64,000 nucleotides of DNA from a virus. Below the pieces are notes generated by a model that was not told the DNA's origin, ran no database searches, and saw nothing but the letters and a program-made list of their open reading frames with translations. Positions 29,495-39,227 of this stretch are shown here, piece after piece (within the stretch, counting starts at the first letter, position 1; the number at the start of each line of letters is the position of its first letter). The stretch spans positions 43,555 to 107,554 of the IMG/VR virus record IMGVR_UViG_3300028909_000018, one strand, 5' to 3'. The position numbers and the translations under genes were made by a program.

Positions 29495-29890
29495 TTATTT
29501 AGAAGTGTCGCAGTCTACACCACAATCTTTAGACTTGGCATTAGCACGACCACTAATAAGTTTGTTAAGTTTGTCATAGAAGTCACGATCCTGATGATAA
29601 TCTTCTGGCACCTGACCATTATAACCACTAATCTGACCTAGATTATTAAAATGCTTGGAAGCAAATGAGTGGGCGATGATGGCAAGATCATGTTTTGTGA
29701 GGTCTTTATCCTTTGTAGTACCAGCAGAAATGGCCTGATGACGACCAACCATTTTCTGATGATGCACTTGATTGGCGAAGATTTCTTCTCTCGCTTCACG
29801 ATCCTTGGCGTGATATGCCTCGTTGATGGTATCGAAACCAAGTAATTCCGCCGCTGCCTTGTTGATGTTATTAAGTTGTGAAAGTCTCAT
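29495..29890 (-). CDS. hypothetical late protein
   Basis: AAGGAG RBS; lies in the late cluster. Confidence 0.6.
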   Translation of the reverse strand: MRLSQLNNINKAAAELLGFDTINEAYHAKDREAREEIFANQVHHQKMVGRHQAISAGTTKDKDLTKHDLAIIAHSFASKHFNNLGQISGYNGQVPEDYHQDRDFYDKLNKLISGRANAKSKDCGVDCDTSK

Positions 29891-29901
29891 TTAAAATCTC
29901 C

Positions 29902-30195
29902 TTAGAATGATGTTAGACCAACACGCTTAATGGTGTTGTTCGATGTGGCGACGTAAATATAGGTTCCATCAGACCAAATCGATCCACCGATCACATTTGC
30001 TGTTGAATTTGCAGGCGTATTATTTTGTTTCAAAACCAGATTGTTGGCCCATAGAGTAGAATTAGAAAACAGATTAGAGACCTGAATCAGAACATCTCCA
30101 CCCGAGACATTGCTGACGGCAACAACCTGATCGGTTCCATCGGCGTTATTCTTAGTTTGAATCGCGCTTAGTTTGATTGAGTTATTACCGGCCAT
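29902..30195 (-). CDS. probable virion structural protein
   Basis: N/S/T-rich; G.I..D..YIYV....N...R fibre-like motif. Confidence 0.6.
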   Translation of the reverse strand: MAGNNSIKLSAIQTKNNADGTDQVVAVSNVSGGDVLIQVSNLFSNSTLWANNLVLKQNNTPANSTANVIGGSIWSDGTYIYVATSNNTIKRVGLTSF

Positions 30196-30204
30196 GTTTT
30201 ACTC

Positions 30205-30798
30205 TTATACGTTAGGGAATAAATTTGTATTGGAAGCACTCTGCATCGACTTCATGGAAACCAATGTTTCTCTATTGATTCTGCCTGCACGACCACCAAG
30301 AGTAAGGGTAACAGTTGCGCCTGATCCACCAGTTGCGCCGCCTGTTGAGTTAGCCCATGTCTGTGTCACGTAGGCAGTATTTGGAAATCCAAATCCAGCA
30401 GAGTTTGTGGTGAAGGAAAGAATACCACCAGTTGCATTTGTGACAGGATGGAACGTCGCATTCGCGCAACCATTGCCAGAAATTGTCAGAACGTCGGTGT
30501 TATTATAAGAAAGACCACCGGGAGACGCGGCAAGAGACATTACTGGTCCTGTTCCTTGTCTGACAAGAACCCATCCCGGCTGAGAAAGATTAGTCGCATG
30601 GTTGGCCTGTGCAGCCTGAATCATCGTCTTTGTCACACCATAGAGACCGACGATCATTCCGTTTGTTGTCGCGGAAGGCGTGGTGTTATGATATAGTGTT
30701 GAGCCGTTGGCATGTTGACCAGCGTTTTGGCTGTTAATGAATAACTGCTTTTCTTTTGGCGCTGAAGCCGATACGTCTGAATTTCCCCAAAGTGGCAT
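30205..30798 (-). CDS. probable virion structural protein
   Basis: MPLWG...GWV...GRAGR...ETLV.M pattern of T4-like virion proteins. Confidence 0.7.
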   Translation of the reverse strand: MPLWGNSDVSASAPKEKQLFINSQNAGQHANGSTLYHNTTPSATTNGMIVGLYGVTKTMIQAAQANHATNLSQPGWVLVRQGTGPVMSLAASPGGLSYNNTDVLTISGNGCANATFHPVTNATGGILSFTTNSAGFGFPNTAYVTQTWANSTGGATGGSGATVTLTLGGRAGRINRETLVSMKSMQSASNTNLFPNV

Positions 30799-30837
30799 TT
30801 TGTTTTCCTTTTCTTATTATTTTTATTATTTATTGTA

Positions 30838-32397
30838 TTAGAATTGGTGTGTCCAAGTGTCGGAAGGCCCCTCTGCCTTTAGTAGCTTCGCGGCATGAAG
30901 TTTCCACTTTGTATTATGATGATATGGTTGTGGTTCCTCACCGGCAAACTCAGATTCGGGCTTCTGTTCCTTAAATCCATGACCGGGAACCTTGGGCAAC
31001 TTCTGGCCAGCAAAACGAGTCTTGGCAAACTCATTCCAGCTTTTTTCTTGATGTATAGATTTCTTGGCTGCACCACCGCCGCGCTTCTTCTTTTCACCGG
31101 GAATAGGACCAGCCTGCTCGGCTTCCTGATTCTTACGCTGACGCCATGCCCATGTCGTCGCCTGAAGCTGTTCTGGCTCTATATTGACGCCATGCTTGAC
31201 ACGAAGATGTTCAGCCGCCTTCAGATAATGATGTTCAATATTTTCATAGACACCCTTGTTCTTCAAGCCTGCCATACCGAAAGCATTGTCAGTAATACGG
31301 GCTCCTGATGCGACAGAGTGAGCGTGACGATCAATAACAACTCTTGGGCGTGAAGGATCGGTCTGACGACCATGTTCTAAGAGATGAGCGAAGGATTTGA
31401 CTTTCTTACCTTTCAGCGCGGTATCATAATGTTCACCAGCAAACATCTTATCATCGACGGCCTTCTGCTTTTCAGATGCCATCATGCCCTGACCCTTACC
31501 ACCGATCCCCTGACCCTTATCAAGAACTTGCACGGCGTCATGATAGTTTTGATAAATTCCGTTCTGTGGGGAATGGTTGGCGATAACACCGGCCACGGTG
31601 CTCATGGAATGGCCCGATCCCTTTGAAAGGAACTTGGTTAGTTTATGTGCGTCGGAATACCAGTTCTTACCGAAAGCCTTCTCTTCAGGATTTGAATCAT
31701 TATAGGCGTTGACAATATTCATATGATCGACAGGATGATTCTTATGCCAGTCCCTACCTTCCTGCATTTTAGCAGCCGTATTGGGCTTCTTCTTCTTCTT
31801 GGCTACGGAATCAGCCGCCTTTACACCAAGAGTTACCTTTGGCTTCTTTCCAGCAGCAACCTTCTTGACCTCATTAATCTCTTCAATCTCTTCCATGATT
31901 TCGTCATATTCTTCTTTATATTCCAGAAGATGATCGTAGTTTTCCTCAATCTGCTCGACCGATTCGGTTCTCTTGTTAATGACCTGAAAGGCGAGGTTCT
32001 TTAAAAAGAATCCCATCTTGGGGTTAGCCAAGGCTCCATAAGGGTCATTGACGGCAGACGATGTATCCGCCACCAATCCCTCGGAAATCTTATTGACGGC
32101 CTTGTTGACCTGTTTAGAACGATCCTGCGCCTTGTTAATGAGGGCTACCGTCAGCGCCTTCGCCTCGTTGCCCTTCTTGGTGGAGTTGACACCGGCCACG
32201 AATGATTTGTTACCGATATCATTCTTCGCCTTCTTAATGTACTTGGAAAGAATGGTCTTTGAAAGTTCGTTCAGCGGAGGATTGATTAAAATCTTGGTGC
32301 GGCGCTTCGGCATCTTTTTCTGTTGAGGATTCGGCGCTGACGCGGCGTCTTCCTCCTTCAGACCGAGAACCTTTTTATAGACAGCATTTAAATCCAA
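30838..32397 (-). CDS. probable internal virion protein with C-terminal HhH-GPD-like (DUF7178-like) domain
   Basis: NELSKTILSKYIKKA motif and many (I/L)xE sites; WY..AH..GVIA..SPQ..N, KV..F, VIDRHA, QA.TW. Confidence 0.6.
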   Translation of the reverse strand: MDLNAVYKKVLGLKEEDAASAPNPQQKKMPKRRTKILINPPLNELSKTILSKYIKKAKNDIGNKSFVAGVNSTKKGNEAKALTVALINKAQDRSKQVNKAVNKISEGLVADTSSAVNDPYGALANPKMGFFLKNLAFQVINKRTESVEQIEENYDHLLEYKEEYDEIMEEIEEINEVKKVAAGKKPKVTLGVKAADSVAKKKKKPNTAAKMQEGRDWHKNHPVDHMNIVNAYNDSNPEEKAFGKNWYSDAHKLTKFLSKGSGHSMSTVAGVIANHSPQNGIYQNYHDAVQVLDKGQGIGGKGQGMMASEKQKAVDDKMFAGEHYDTALKGKKVKSFAHLLEHGRQTDPSRPRVVIDRHAHSVASGARITDNAFGMAGLKNKGVYENIEHHYLKAAEHLRVKHGVNIEPEQLQATTWAWRQRKNQEAEQAGPIPGEKKKRGGGAAKKSIHQEKSWNEFAKTRFAGQKLPKVPGHGFKEQKPESEFAGEEPQPYHHNTKWKLHAAKLLKAEGPSDTWTHQF

Positions 32398-32447
32398 AGT
32401 ACAATCTCCTAATTTTAATTATTTATTATAAGGAGATGTCAAAAAAA

Positions 32448-32473
32448 AATGGCCCGAGTTTCCTCGGGCCATT
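32448..32473. terminator. intrinsic terminator
   Basis: AATGGCCCGAG-TTTC-CTCGGGCCATT with U-tract on the minus strand. Confidence 0.8.
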
Positions 32474-32499
32474 GTCTGAAATATTTAGGTAATAAAATA

Positions 32500-32754
32500 C
32501 TACTCTTGAAGCAGGGTCTTTCCAAAGCCTACATTCGTGATTTCATTCAGGAGTGAATCATACCCACCAATCAGACGATTCTCATCGACAATGATCGGAA
32601 CGGTATACATCGACGGAAATGCCTCATGTACCCATGAACGGCTAACATCCTTACCAATCACAAATTCTGTGAAGGGGATTTCATGGATGTTTAGAAGTTT
32701 CTTGGCCTTGTCACAAAATGGACAAGGTTCTATTCGTGTATAGACTTTGATCAT
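32500..32754 (-). CDS. glutaredoxin
   Basis: CPFC, TVP.I, IGGY. Confidence 0.92.
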   Translation of the reverse strand: MIKVYTRIEPCPFCDKAKKLLNIHEIPFTEFVIGKDVSRSWVHEAFPSMYTVPIIVDENRLIGGYDSLLNEITNVGFGKTLLQE

Positions 32755-32756
32755 GT

Positions 32757-33869
32757 TCAGTCCTTTTCGTTGAGAAGATATCGGTCTGATATCATCTTGA
32801 AGCTAAACTCACCATCGTTTGACTTGAAGACAAGACCCTCGGCGGGATAAGACTTACCATCTTCATTCTGGAAGACGGATTTGTCGGCAAGTTCATGAAT
32901 AAAGTCAGCATTCAAAAGGTCGTTAAAGAAGATGCTAGCATAACAAATTGGAGCCAACGTTAATTCAACAGCATAACCTTTCAGCATTCCAATCAGGACG
33001 ATACGTTCAAACGGAGAAAGATATCGTTTCGTGTCAATGTCATAAATGTCGAACAGATAGAAATCATGCTCCTTGATACCGTATGGATTACCCTGAATTC
33101 CGGGACCAACCAGTTCACCCTGAAGCGCGACGTTCATATTAAGGGCAAGAAGCGCCTCCTTGAGACCCAGCTTACGAGTTACCTTCCAGAAGAGATTTTC
33201 TGATCCTCCTTCCTTATGAAAATTCTTTTCGGCGTCATCAGCCAAGTTCATGTTGCGGGAGCAAACCCCAAAGTCATCATCATTCTTATAGACCGTCATA
33301 GACGACCCATCCATCTTGATGGTGACTTCGAATGGCATTGTTTTGTATTTCTCCAACTCCCATTCACGAATGTTCTGATACCGTTCCTGATCCGTCTTCG
33401 GAATGAACGAGGGGAAGTTGCCCCGCGCGATGCCCTGAAGGCTGGTAGGAATGGGCTTCTCATACTTTTGAATATGGAGAAGTTCGGTCAGGTCTTCTCC
33501 CTCTTCAAGAAAATCGGTCAACAACTGACCATCCTCATTCGTGGCGTTGATGATTTCAGGGAATTCATCCAAAGGCAGGATGAGACCCTGTGAAATCTGA
33601 CCCCTCAACTTGATGCTGCGGAGACGGAAGCCATCACCCAAATTCTTGGTTGACTTGAAGCCGCTCTTTCGAAGAAATTCATAACGTTCCTCGACCGGGA
33701 GAAATGAATCAATTTCAAAATAACAAACCAATTCTCCGACAGAATAACCCTTCCGAGAGACAACCCACCACCCATCAATCCGATAGGCGACGATTCTATC
33801 GGCACCGGGAATATCTCTAATCTCGGCAATGCGACGAACTGTCGCCAACTTTCGTGTAATCTCAGTCAT
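32757..33869 (-). CDS. RNA ligase, Rnl2/DRB0094 family
   Basis: RKLAT.RRI..I..I.GAD, KLRGQISQGL, KTDQER.QN, KMDGSS, GELVG, EGLVFK. Confidence 0.9.
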   Translation of the reverse strand: MTEITRKLATVRRIAEIRDIPGADRIVAYRIDGWWVVSRKGYSVGELVCYFEIDSFLPVEERYEFLRKSGFKSTKNLGDGFRLRSIKLRGQISQGLILPLDEFPEIINATNEDGQLLTDFLEEGEDLTELLHIQKYEKPIPTSLQGIARGNFPSFIPKTDQERYQNIREWELEKYKTMPFEVTIKMDGSSMTVYKNDDDFGVCSRNMNLADDAEKNFHKEGGSENLFWKVTRKLGLKEALLALNMNVALQGELVGPGIQGNPYGIKEHDFYLFDIYDIDTKRYLSPFERIVLIGMLKGYAVELTLAPICYASIFFNDLLNADFIHELADKSVFQNEDGKSYPAEGLVFKSNDGEFSFKMISDRYLLNEKD

Positions 33870-34107
33870 TTTTAGTTTCCTCTACTTGTTCACGTAATTC
33901 TAATTCCTTCCTGATCCACTTCATGAGAACAATTCCCTTCTCATAGGAAAGAAGTGTTCCATTTCCAACTTCTTCAAGAGGAATACGAATCTTAAAAAAT
34001 GCCTCATTATCCGAGGCGTATGTAAATTCCCCATTTGAAAAACGAAGGAAATTGTAGTTCAATTTTACGAGTTGTGCAAGGGTCATAGAATACTCACCAG
34101 CTTCCAA
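33862..34107 (-). CDS. hypothetical phage protein
   Basis: F..P.EE.GNGT....EK...LM.WIRK motif; start likely 34086. Confidence 0.6.
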   Translation of the reverse strand: MEAGEYSMTLAQLVKLNYNFLRFSNGEFTYASDNEAFFKIRIPLEEVGNGTLLSYEKGIVLMKWIRKELELREQVEETKND

Positions 34108-34707
34108 ACACCAGTGGAATCATGTGTACCGATTCCCAATAGGAGATGTCCCTCACGGTCCTGATAGAAGCTGTCATACCACTGATTAAGCTTATGACGA
34201 GCCGTTGTCAACAGCCTATGAAGCTTCAAAGGCTCATAAGCCATGTTATCAGGATAGAAAGTATTCAGAAGGTTCACCGAGCCGTCGTCATACTTGACAA
34301 AAATAAAATATCCTTCACCAATTTTCAACAATTTTTTATTCCTTATCAAAAAACCAGAAAATCCCAAACGGTCCACAGGTGGCACCACAAAATATACCCA
34401 GCACAACCATAGTCCGATCATGAAGCATAGCTTTAGTAGAACTAAAGTAAAAGCTGGCAATACCGCTGGTTACCCAGAGAAATGCAAGAATCCAGAACAT
34501 TATATTACCTCATGGACAGTAGAAAAGAAAACAAAGCGAAACAAAAACAAAACCAGAATATCATATTACTCCTATGAGTAGTAAAACAACAATAATAATG
34601 ATAAATGTCATTAGAACCTCATAATCGAAGTGATATAAAAGCGTGTTCCTTGGAAGTATCCGAAGGTCATGGCGTTGAGAAATGCGTCGTAACGGCCTAC
34701 TAGATTA

Positions 34708-35145
34708 TCATTCGTCATCATACAAACTCCCCTCGTCTTCGTTAAAATAAATGTCATCTTCGTCATCACCCTGCGTATCTATAAAGATATCTCCAAAGTG
34801 GAGGAAGCCGTTGTTGTTGAAACATTCGAAGTTCCGATCAAACTCAATCATGGTATGACCAGAAGGAACGTCGGTACCTTCCCGAAAAGGAATTATGCCT
34901 ATCAAACCGGAGTCAACAGGATAGGAATTACCCATGTCGTCTTCAAATTTACCATCGCCATGGGTAGTATGAAAGACCACAACTATTGTATTAACATCCA
35001 GAAGAAATCCCATCCCCTCGTCGTCAACAAAATCATTTGATTCGATAAAGCGTAGCCAGTCGTCTTGATCCTTGTCTGAAAAGAAATATGCAGGGTCTCC
35101 TATAGTATATTTACCAGCAGGCAAATTATAAATCTGCAACGTCAT
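34708..35145 (-). CDS. hypothetical acidic protein (IGDP.Y..T..GDG..Y.VDSG.IG family)
   Basis: motif pattern, AGGAG RBS. Confidence 0.7.
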   Translation of the reverse strand: MTLQIYNLPAGKYTIGDPAYFFSDKDQDDWLRFIESNDFVDDEGMGFLLDVNTIVVVFHTTHGDGKFEDDMGNSYPVDSGLIGIIPFREGTDVPSGHTMIEFDRNFECFNNNGFLHFGDIFIDTQGDDEDDIYFNEDEGSLYDDE

Positions 35146-35174
35146 AACTCCTTTGAGATGTAAGATGAAAAAAT

Positions 35175-35265
35175 TGGTCGGCCCTCTAGGTTACGCTCCT
35201 AGTCAAGAACACCCATCTGATGCTAAAGGGTTTATAAATCCCTCCCGCGTCTAACGCCAGAGCCG
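35175..35265 (-). tRNA. non-canonical tRNA-Ile(UAU)-like
   Basis: 7-bp acceptor plus ACCA, loop TTTATAA, long variable arm, tiny D-arm, T-loop AGCGTAA. Confidence 0.65.
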
Positions 35266-35278
35266 GAACCTTTATTTA

Positions 35279-35620
35279 TTATAGATTTTCTTCGATGTAA
35301 TCCGCAATCCTATTGAAAGACCAGTTATGAAGATCATTCGCCTTCATGAGATACTCCTGATCATCCCAATCTAGGCCGACCTTTTTAAGATGCTCATCAT
35401 CCAACTCGAAAGTATATCGATTTTTAGTTGGAATATAATGCGCCTCATCACGAGAATCACTGAAGAAATCCTTGTGAATACATTCACCCAAAACACCTAG
35501 GCAACAGTACCGTGGTCCTGCACCCTTATCCCTGCTTCTCTTCTTCAGGGCTTCACGCCCCTGCTTGTAATCACCGGAACGAAGAGCCTCCAACCACTTA
35601 GTCTTATATTCCTCAATCAT
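35279..35620 (-). CDS. conserved phage hypothetical protein
   Basis: W.EALRSG.YKQG...YCCLGVL...SF..IAD.IE. Confidence 0.75.
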   Translation of the reverse strand: MIEEYKTKWLEALRSGDYKQGREALKKRSRDKGAGPRYCCLGVLGECIHKDFFSDSRDEAHYIPTKNRYTFELDDEHLKKVGLDWDDQEYLMKANDLHNWSFNRIADYIEENL

Positions 35621-35709
35621 TATGATCTTTATCCTTTGAATGAGAGACGATCCCCGTCTCCATGTCCCGGTTATAAGAGGTTAGAACTTCTAAGTCAATA
35701 GGAAAATTT

Positions 35710-36153
35710 CTATTTTTGAACTTTTTTTCGGGGCCGGTGAGCAGGAGAATATTTCTTGACCATCTTAGATTCGCAACGTTCGAACATCACTTGGCTTTTA
35801 CCGAATTTCATCCTCTTTTTTTCAACTTCGTATGCCACCAACTTTATTGTCGTCGTTTTCGCCAGCATTTTTCTAACAATTGGGTTGAAAAATTTATAAT
35901 ATTGTCGAAGAGACTCAAACCCACAATAGTCAATACCACCACGAAAATCTACTATTCCATCCTCTCGCGGCTCAGGCATACGATGAGGGTCTTTTGGATG
36001 AAAATTCCACGACCAGAAATTATATTTTCCTTCATTCTTATAAAAAAGAGGTTCGGTTATGTTTCTAAGTGGCCTTCCAAATTTATAGTTGTAGACGCCA
36101 CTTCTCGTGGCGTCATCTTCCAGCCGCCAAACGATGACTTTTTCATTTCCCAT
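35710..36153 (-). CDS. hypothetical protein
   Basis: start probably MGNEK. Confidence 0.55.
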   Translation of the reverse strand: MGNEKVIVWRLEDDATRSGVYNYKFGRPLRNITEPLFYKNEGKYNFWSWNFHPKDPHRMPEPREDGIVDFRGGIDYCGFESLRQYYKFFNPIVRKMLAKTTTIKLVAYEVEKKRMKFGKSQVMFERCESKMVKKYSPAHRPRKKVQK

Positions 36154-36251
36154 GTTACACAACCCCATAATCAGTTTTAAACTTCTAACAGAATGTCCCT
36201 TAGAAGTCAATCCTAAAACGCAATAAATATGAAAAACAAGAGGATTCATGA

Positions 36252-36851
36252 ATGTATAAGTTTGAGCAACTTGCGAAAACGGCCAAGCTGAAAGGCTTCG
36301 ACCTGAAGAAGGATGCGGAGGAAGCGCGGGAGTGGTTCCGACAGAAGGCCTATGGCACGAAGTATGTCAATCCAAAAGACTTTCAAAAAAATGCCACCGC
36401 CTTCCAGAATATCGAACAAATCAGCCCAAATTCTATCGGGAAACTGTACTTCTTCGCCTATGATCCAAAGCATAAGCTGACGCTAGAATACTATGACGTA
36501 TTTCCACTTATCTTTCCAATTGAATTTTATAGTGATGGATTTCTCGGCATCAACCTCCATTACCTTCCTCCTTTCATGAGAGCGAAGTTGATGGATGCTC
36601 TTTATAAGACCATGAATAATGACAAGTATGATAAGACTTCCAAGCTGGTCATCACCTACCAGATTCTCAAGGCGGCGGGTCAGTTTAAATTATTCAAACC
36701 TTGTGTTCATCGATATCTCTTCGCCCACATCAGAAGTCCCTTCCAATATGTTCCACCCACGGCTTGGGACTACGCCATCCTGTTGCCATTAAATAGATTT
36801 AAAAAGAAGTCTGCCGAGTATGTGTGGGCTGCTAGTTTATTAAAAACTTAA
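36252..36851 (+). CDS. 2: DNA end protector protein gp2
   Basis: G.LY.F.YDPKHK..L.YYD.FPL...GINLHYLP...KPC..RYL; AATAAATA upstream. Confidence 0.9.
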   Translation: MYKFEQLAKTAKLKGFDLKKDAEEAREWFRQKAYGTKYVNPKDFQKNATAFQNIEQISPNSIGKLYFFAYDPKHKLTLEYYDVFPLIFPIEFYSDGFLGINLHYLPPFMRAKLMDALYKTMNNDKYDKTSKLVITYQILKAAGQFKLFKPCVHRYLFAHIRSPFQYVPPTAWDYAILLPLNRFKKKSAEYVWAASLLKT

Positions 36852-36860
36852 GGGAACGAT

Positions 36861-37481
36861 ATGGCATTTAATATCAACGATTTCATAACAAATATACAGC
36901 AGTACGGGGTATCCAGTAGCTCTAAATTTAATGTGAATATCACCCTACCAAACATATTCAGTAATGCCAAGAATGGTGTCATTCTACAGTCGGAGTTGCC
37001 CCAACTTCTGGCTTTCAGAGCCGAGAGTGTGAATCTCCCCGTCGCCGCGCTTCTTTCGAACGAAACGGCGCGTTATGGCCTTGGACCATCGGTGAAGACG
37101 CCATATAACGCCGTCTTTGGCGACATCAAGATAACCTTCATCGCGGATAAGAGTGGCACTATTTACACATTCTTTTATTCATGGATTAATTCGATTTATA
37201 ACTTTTCTGAGACCAGCACCACATCAGGAACCTCGACGGGCGGCAGCACCACCAGCATCACGCTTCCTAGATATACGACGATGTATGACGACGATATTGT
37301 CGCACCTAATATCAGTATAAATATATATGACAACCTCGGAAACATCATCCAGACGGTCTTCGTGACAAGAGCGAAGCCCATCATGTTCTCGGCGTCACCC
37401 CTAATATGGGAACAGACCAACAACTTATTTAAAATAACTGTAGGATTCACCTTCAAAGAGTGGTCTTTGGCGGTTTCATAA
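36861..37481 (+). CDS. tail tube initiator / gp54-like tube-fold protein
   Basis: E.V.LP, ITF..D, F..W, P......L, V.F....W; synteny. Confidence 0.7.
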   Translation: MAFNINDFITNIQQYGVSSSSKFNVNITLPNIFSNAKNGVILQSELPQLLAFRAESVNLPVAALLSNETARYGLGPSVKTPYNAVFGDIKITFIADKSGTIYTFFYSWINSIYNFSETSTTSGTSTGGSTTSITLPRYTTMYDDDIVAPNISINIYDNLGNIIQTVFVTRAKPIMFSASPLIWEQTNNLFKITVGFTFKEWSLAVS

Positions 37482-37490
37482 GGAAATGAA

Positions 37491-38195
37491 ATGATACCTA
37501 AAATTGTATATCCAATATTTTTTATTGACCAGCCTTCTACTAAAAAGAAACTAGCCTTCCGCCGATACCTCGTCAAGGAGGAAAAGATTCTCCTTCTCGC
37601 CAAGGAGAGTAAGGACATCAACGATATTCTCAGGGCTATCAAGGACGTGGTGAATGTATGCTGTCAGGAAGAAGACTTCAACGTCAACGAGATTCCACTC
37701 TTCGATCTGGAATTTATATTTCTAAGGCTTCGCGCCGCCTCGGTCAACAATATGGAAAATTTCGTAGTCAAAGATGTTGAAGATGGAAAGGAATATCCTC
37801 TTTCAATTAATTTTAATGATGTTGAGGTTCAATTCGATGAAAACGCCCCCGACAAGAATATCAAGGTGGACGATAAGACGGTTATGGTGATGCAATATCC
37901 GATGGCCTCGATCTACGACAACAAAGACTTCAAGGAACGTCTGGCAGCGGAAGGCCTGTTCGAATTAGTTGTAAATTGTGTTGATAAGGTGTTCAGTAAC
38001 GACGAATATATCGAGATGTCACACTTGGAACTGCGGGATTTTATTGACAGCCTCGACGTAAAGACCTTTCATAAAATTAAGGACTTCCTACTATCAACGC
38101 CATCAATTCGCCACTCTCTGAAATATATAAACAGTAATGGCAACGAAAAAATTCTGACCTTTAACTCACTTATGGATTTTTTTTTGTATCTCTAA
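37491..38195 (+). CDS. 26: baseplate hub protein gp26
   Basis: PST.K...FR.YLVKEEKILL.A.ES, FDLE.IFL.LRA.S, DFF terminus. Confidence 0.88.
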   Translation: MIPKIVYPIFFIDQPSTKKKLAFRRYLVKEEKILLLAKESKDINDILRAIKDVVNVCCQEEDFNVNEIPLFDLEFIFLRLRAASVNNMENFVVKDVEDGKEYPLSINFNDVEVQFDENAPDKNIKVDDKTVMVMQYPMASIYDNKDFKERLAAEGLFELVVNCVDKVFSNDEYIEMSHLELRDFIDSLDVKTFHKIKDFLLSTPSIRHSLKYINSNGNEKILTFNSLMDFFLYL

Positions 38196-38371
38196 TCCAT
38201 AATACTCTAAGCGCGTATTATTCGACAAACTTTGCCCTGCGGCACCATCACGGTTATTCTCTGGAAGAAATTGAAAATGAAATACCATTTGAAAGGACTT
38301 TAACCCTTCAAATGGTTTCCAAGACTATTCAACAGGCTGATGAAGCAAATAGACTCAATCAGTCTATGTAA
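38177..38371 (+). CDS. 51: gp51-like baseplate hub assembly protein (no canonical start; -1 frame of gp26)
   Basis: HNTLSAYYSTNFALRHHHGYSLEEIENEIPFER matches the short gp51 of T4-like phages. Confidence 0.75.
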   Translation, partial: FFFVSLIHNTLSAYYSTNFALRHHHGYSLEEIENEIPFERTLTLQMVSKTIQQADEANRLNQSM

Positions 38372-38566
38372 TCACTTCTTCTTGGTGAGAATCTTCTTGA
38401 TCCAAGAAGTCTTGTCTCCACCTTCACGCTCCTGACCCGTCTTGTCGTCTGGTCTTATCGAGGCATGAATTGCGTTTGACTTCTTTTCGGGCTTCTTGTC
38501 GTTGCCAATATCCTTATCTGATTCGTGGATACTGGCGTGGATACAATTTTTTGTATTGTCTGACAT
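38372..38566 (-). CDS. hypothetical protein with IHASI repeat
   Basis: AAGGAG RBS. Confidence 0.55.
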   Translation of the reverse strand: MSDNTKNCIHASIHESDKDIGNDKKPEKKSNAIHASIRPDDKTGQEREGGDKTSWIKKILTKKK

Positions 38567-38599
38567 TTTTATTCTCCTTTTTTGTGAGTTCTTAATATA

Positions 38600-39217
38600 T
38601 CATTCATATGTCGGTAAGTCAACATTAATCGCCTGATTAATGTCACAACATAAAAATCTGGTGCCGTCGATGACTTCATTTCGAAAACTATGCCAATGAC
38701 CGAAAATCCACAATTTAGGTTGGTGAATTTCGAGCATCGCCTGAAGCGCCTTTGACGTTCGGTTTGGATAATGGTGTTTGCTCGTCTCCACCGGAAACAA
38801 TTTAAAATACATGTTTTCAGGGCAGTCGTGCGTCACCATCACTTGAGGCTTCAGTTCCTCATAACGAGAAATCATCCCATAAAGTTCCTGATAGGACAGT
38901 TCCTCATCTCCCCACCATGAGACACCGGGTGTGCGATTTTGCCAGTCGATGGAGAAGGCACCACCCATCAGGAACATCCGATGCTTGGGATCGTAGGTGC
39001 CATCAGGAATCCATCGCGACGAATTGCGACACGCATGGAGCGAGTCATGATTACCACGGATGAATTTGTGATTCACGGAAATATCCTGCGGATCGGGAAT
39101 CGGCACAAAACCAGCGCCAAAATCCCCCACCTGAATCGACTCATCACAATCCTGAATAAGCTGCTCCCACGCCTTGGTATCGCCGTGGATATCACCAATA
39201 AACCTAATTTTTGACAT
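38600..39217 (-). CDS. metallophosphoesterase
   Basis: GDIHG, GDFG, GNHD, GGAFSID, THD.P, FGHWH. Confidence 0.9.
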   Translation of the reverse strand: MSKIRFIGDIHGDTKAWEQLIQDCDESIQVGDFGAGFVPIPDPQDISVNHKFIRGNHDSLHACRNSSRWIPDGTYDPKHRMFLMGGAFSIDWQNRTPGVSWWGDEELSYQELYGMISRYEELKPQVMVTHDCPENMYFKLFPVETSKHHYPNRTSKALQAMLEIHQPKLWIFGHWHSFRNEVIDGTRFLCCDINQAINVDLPTYE

Positions 39218-39227
39218 AAATAAATCC

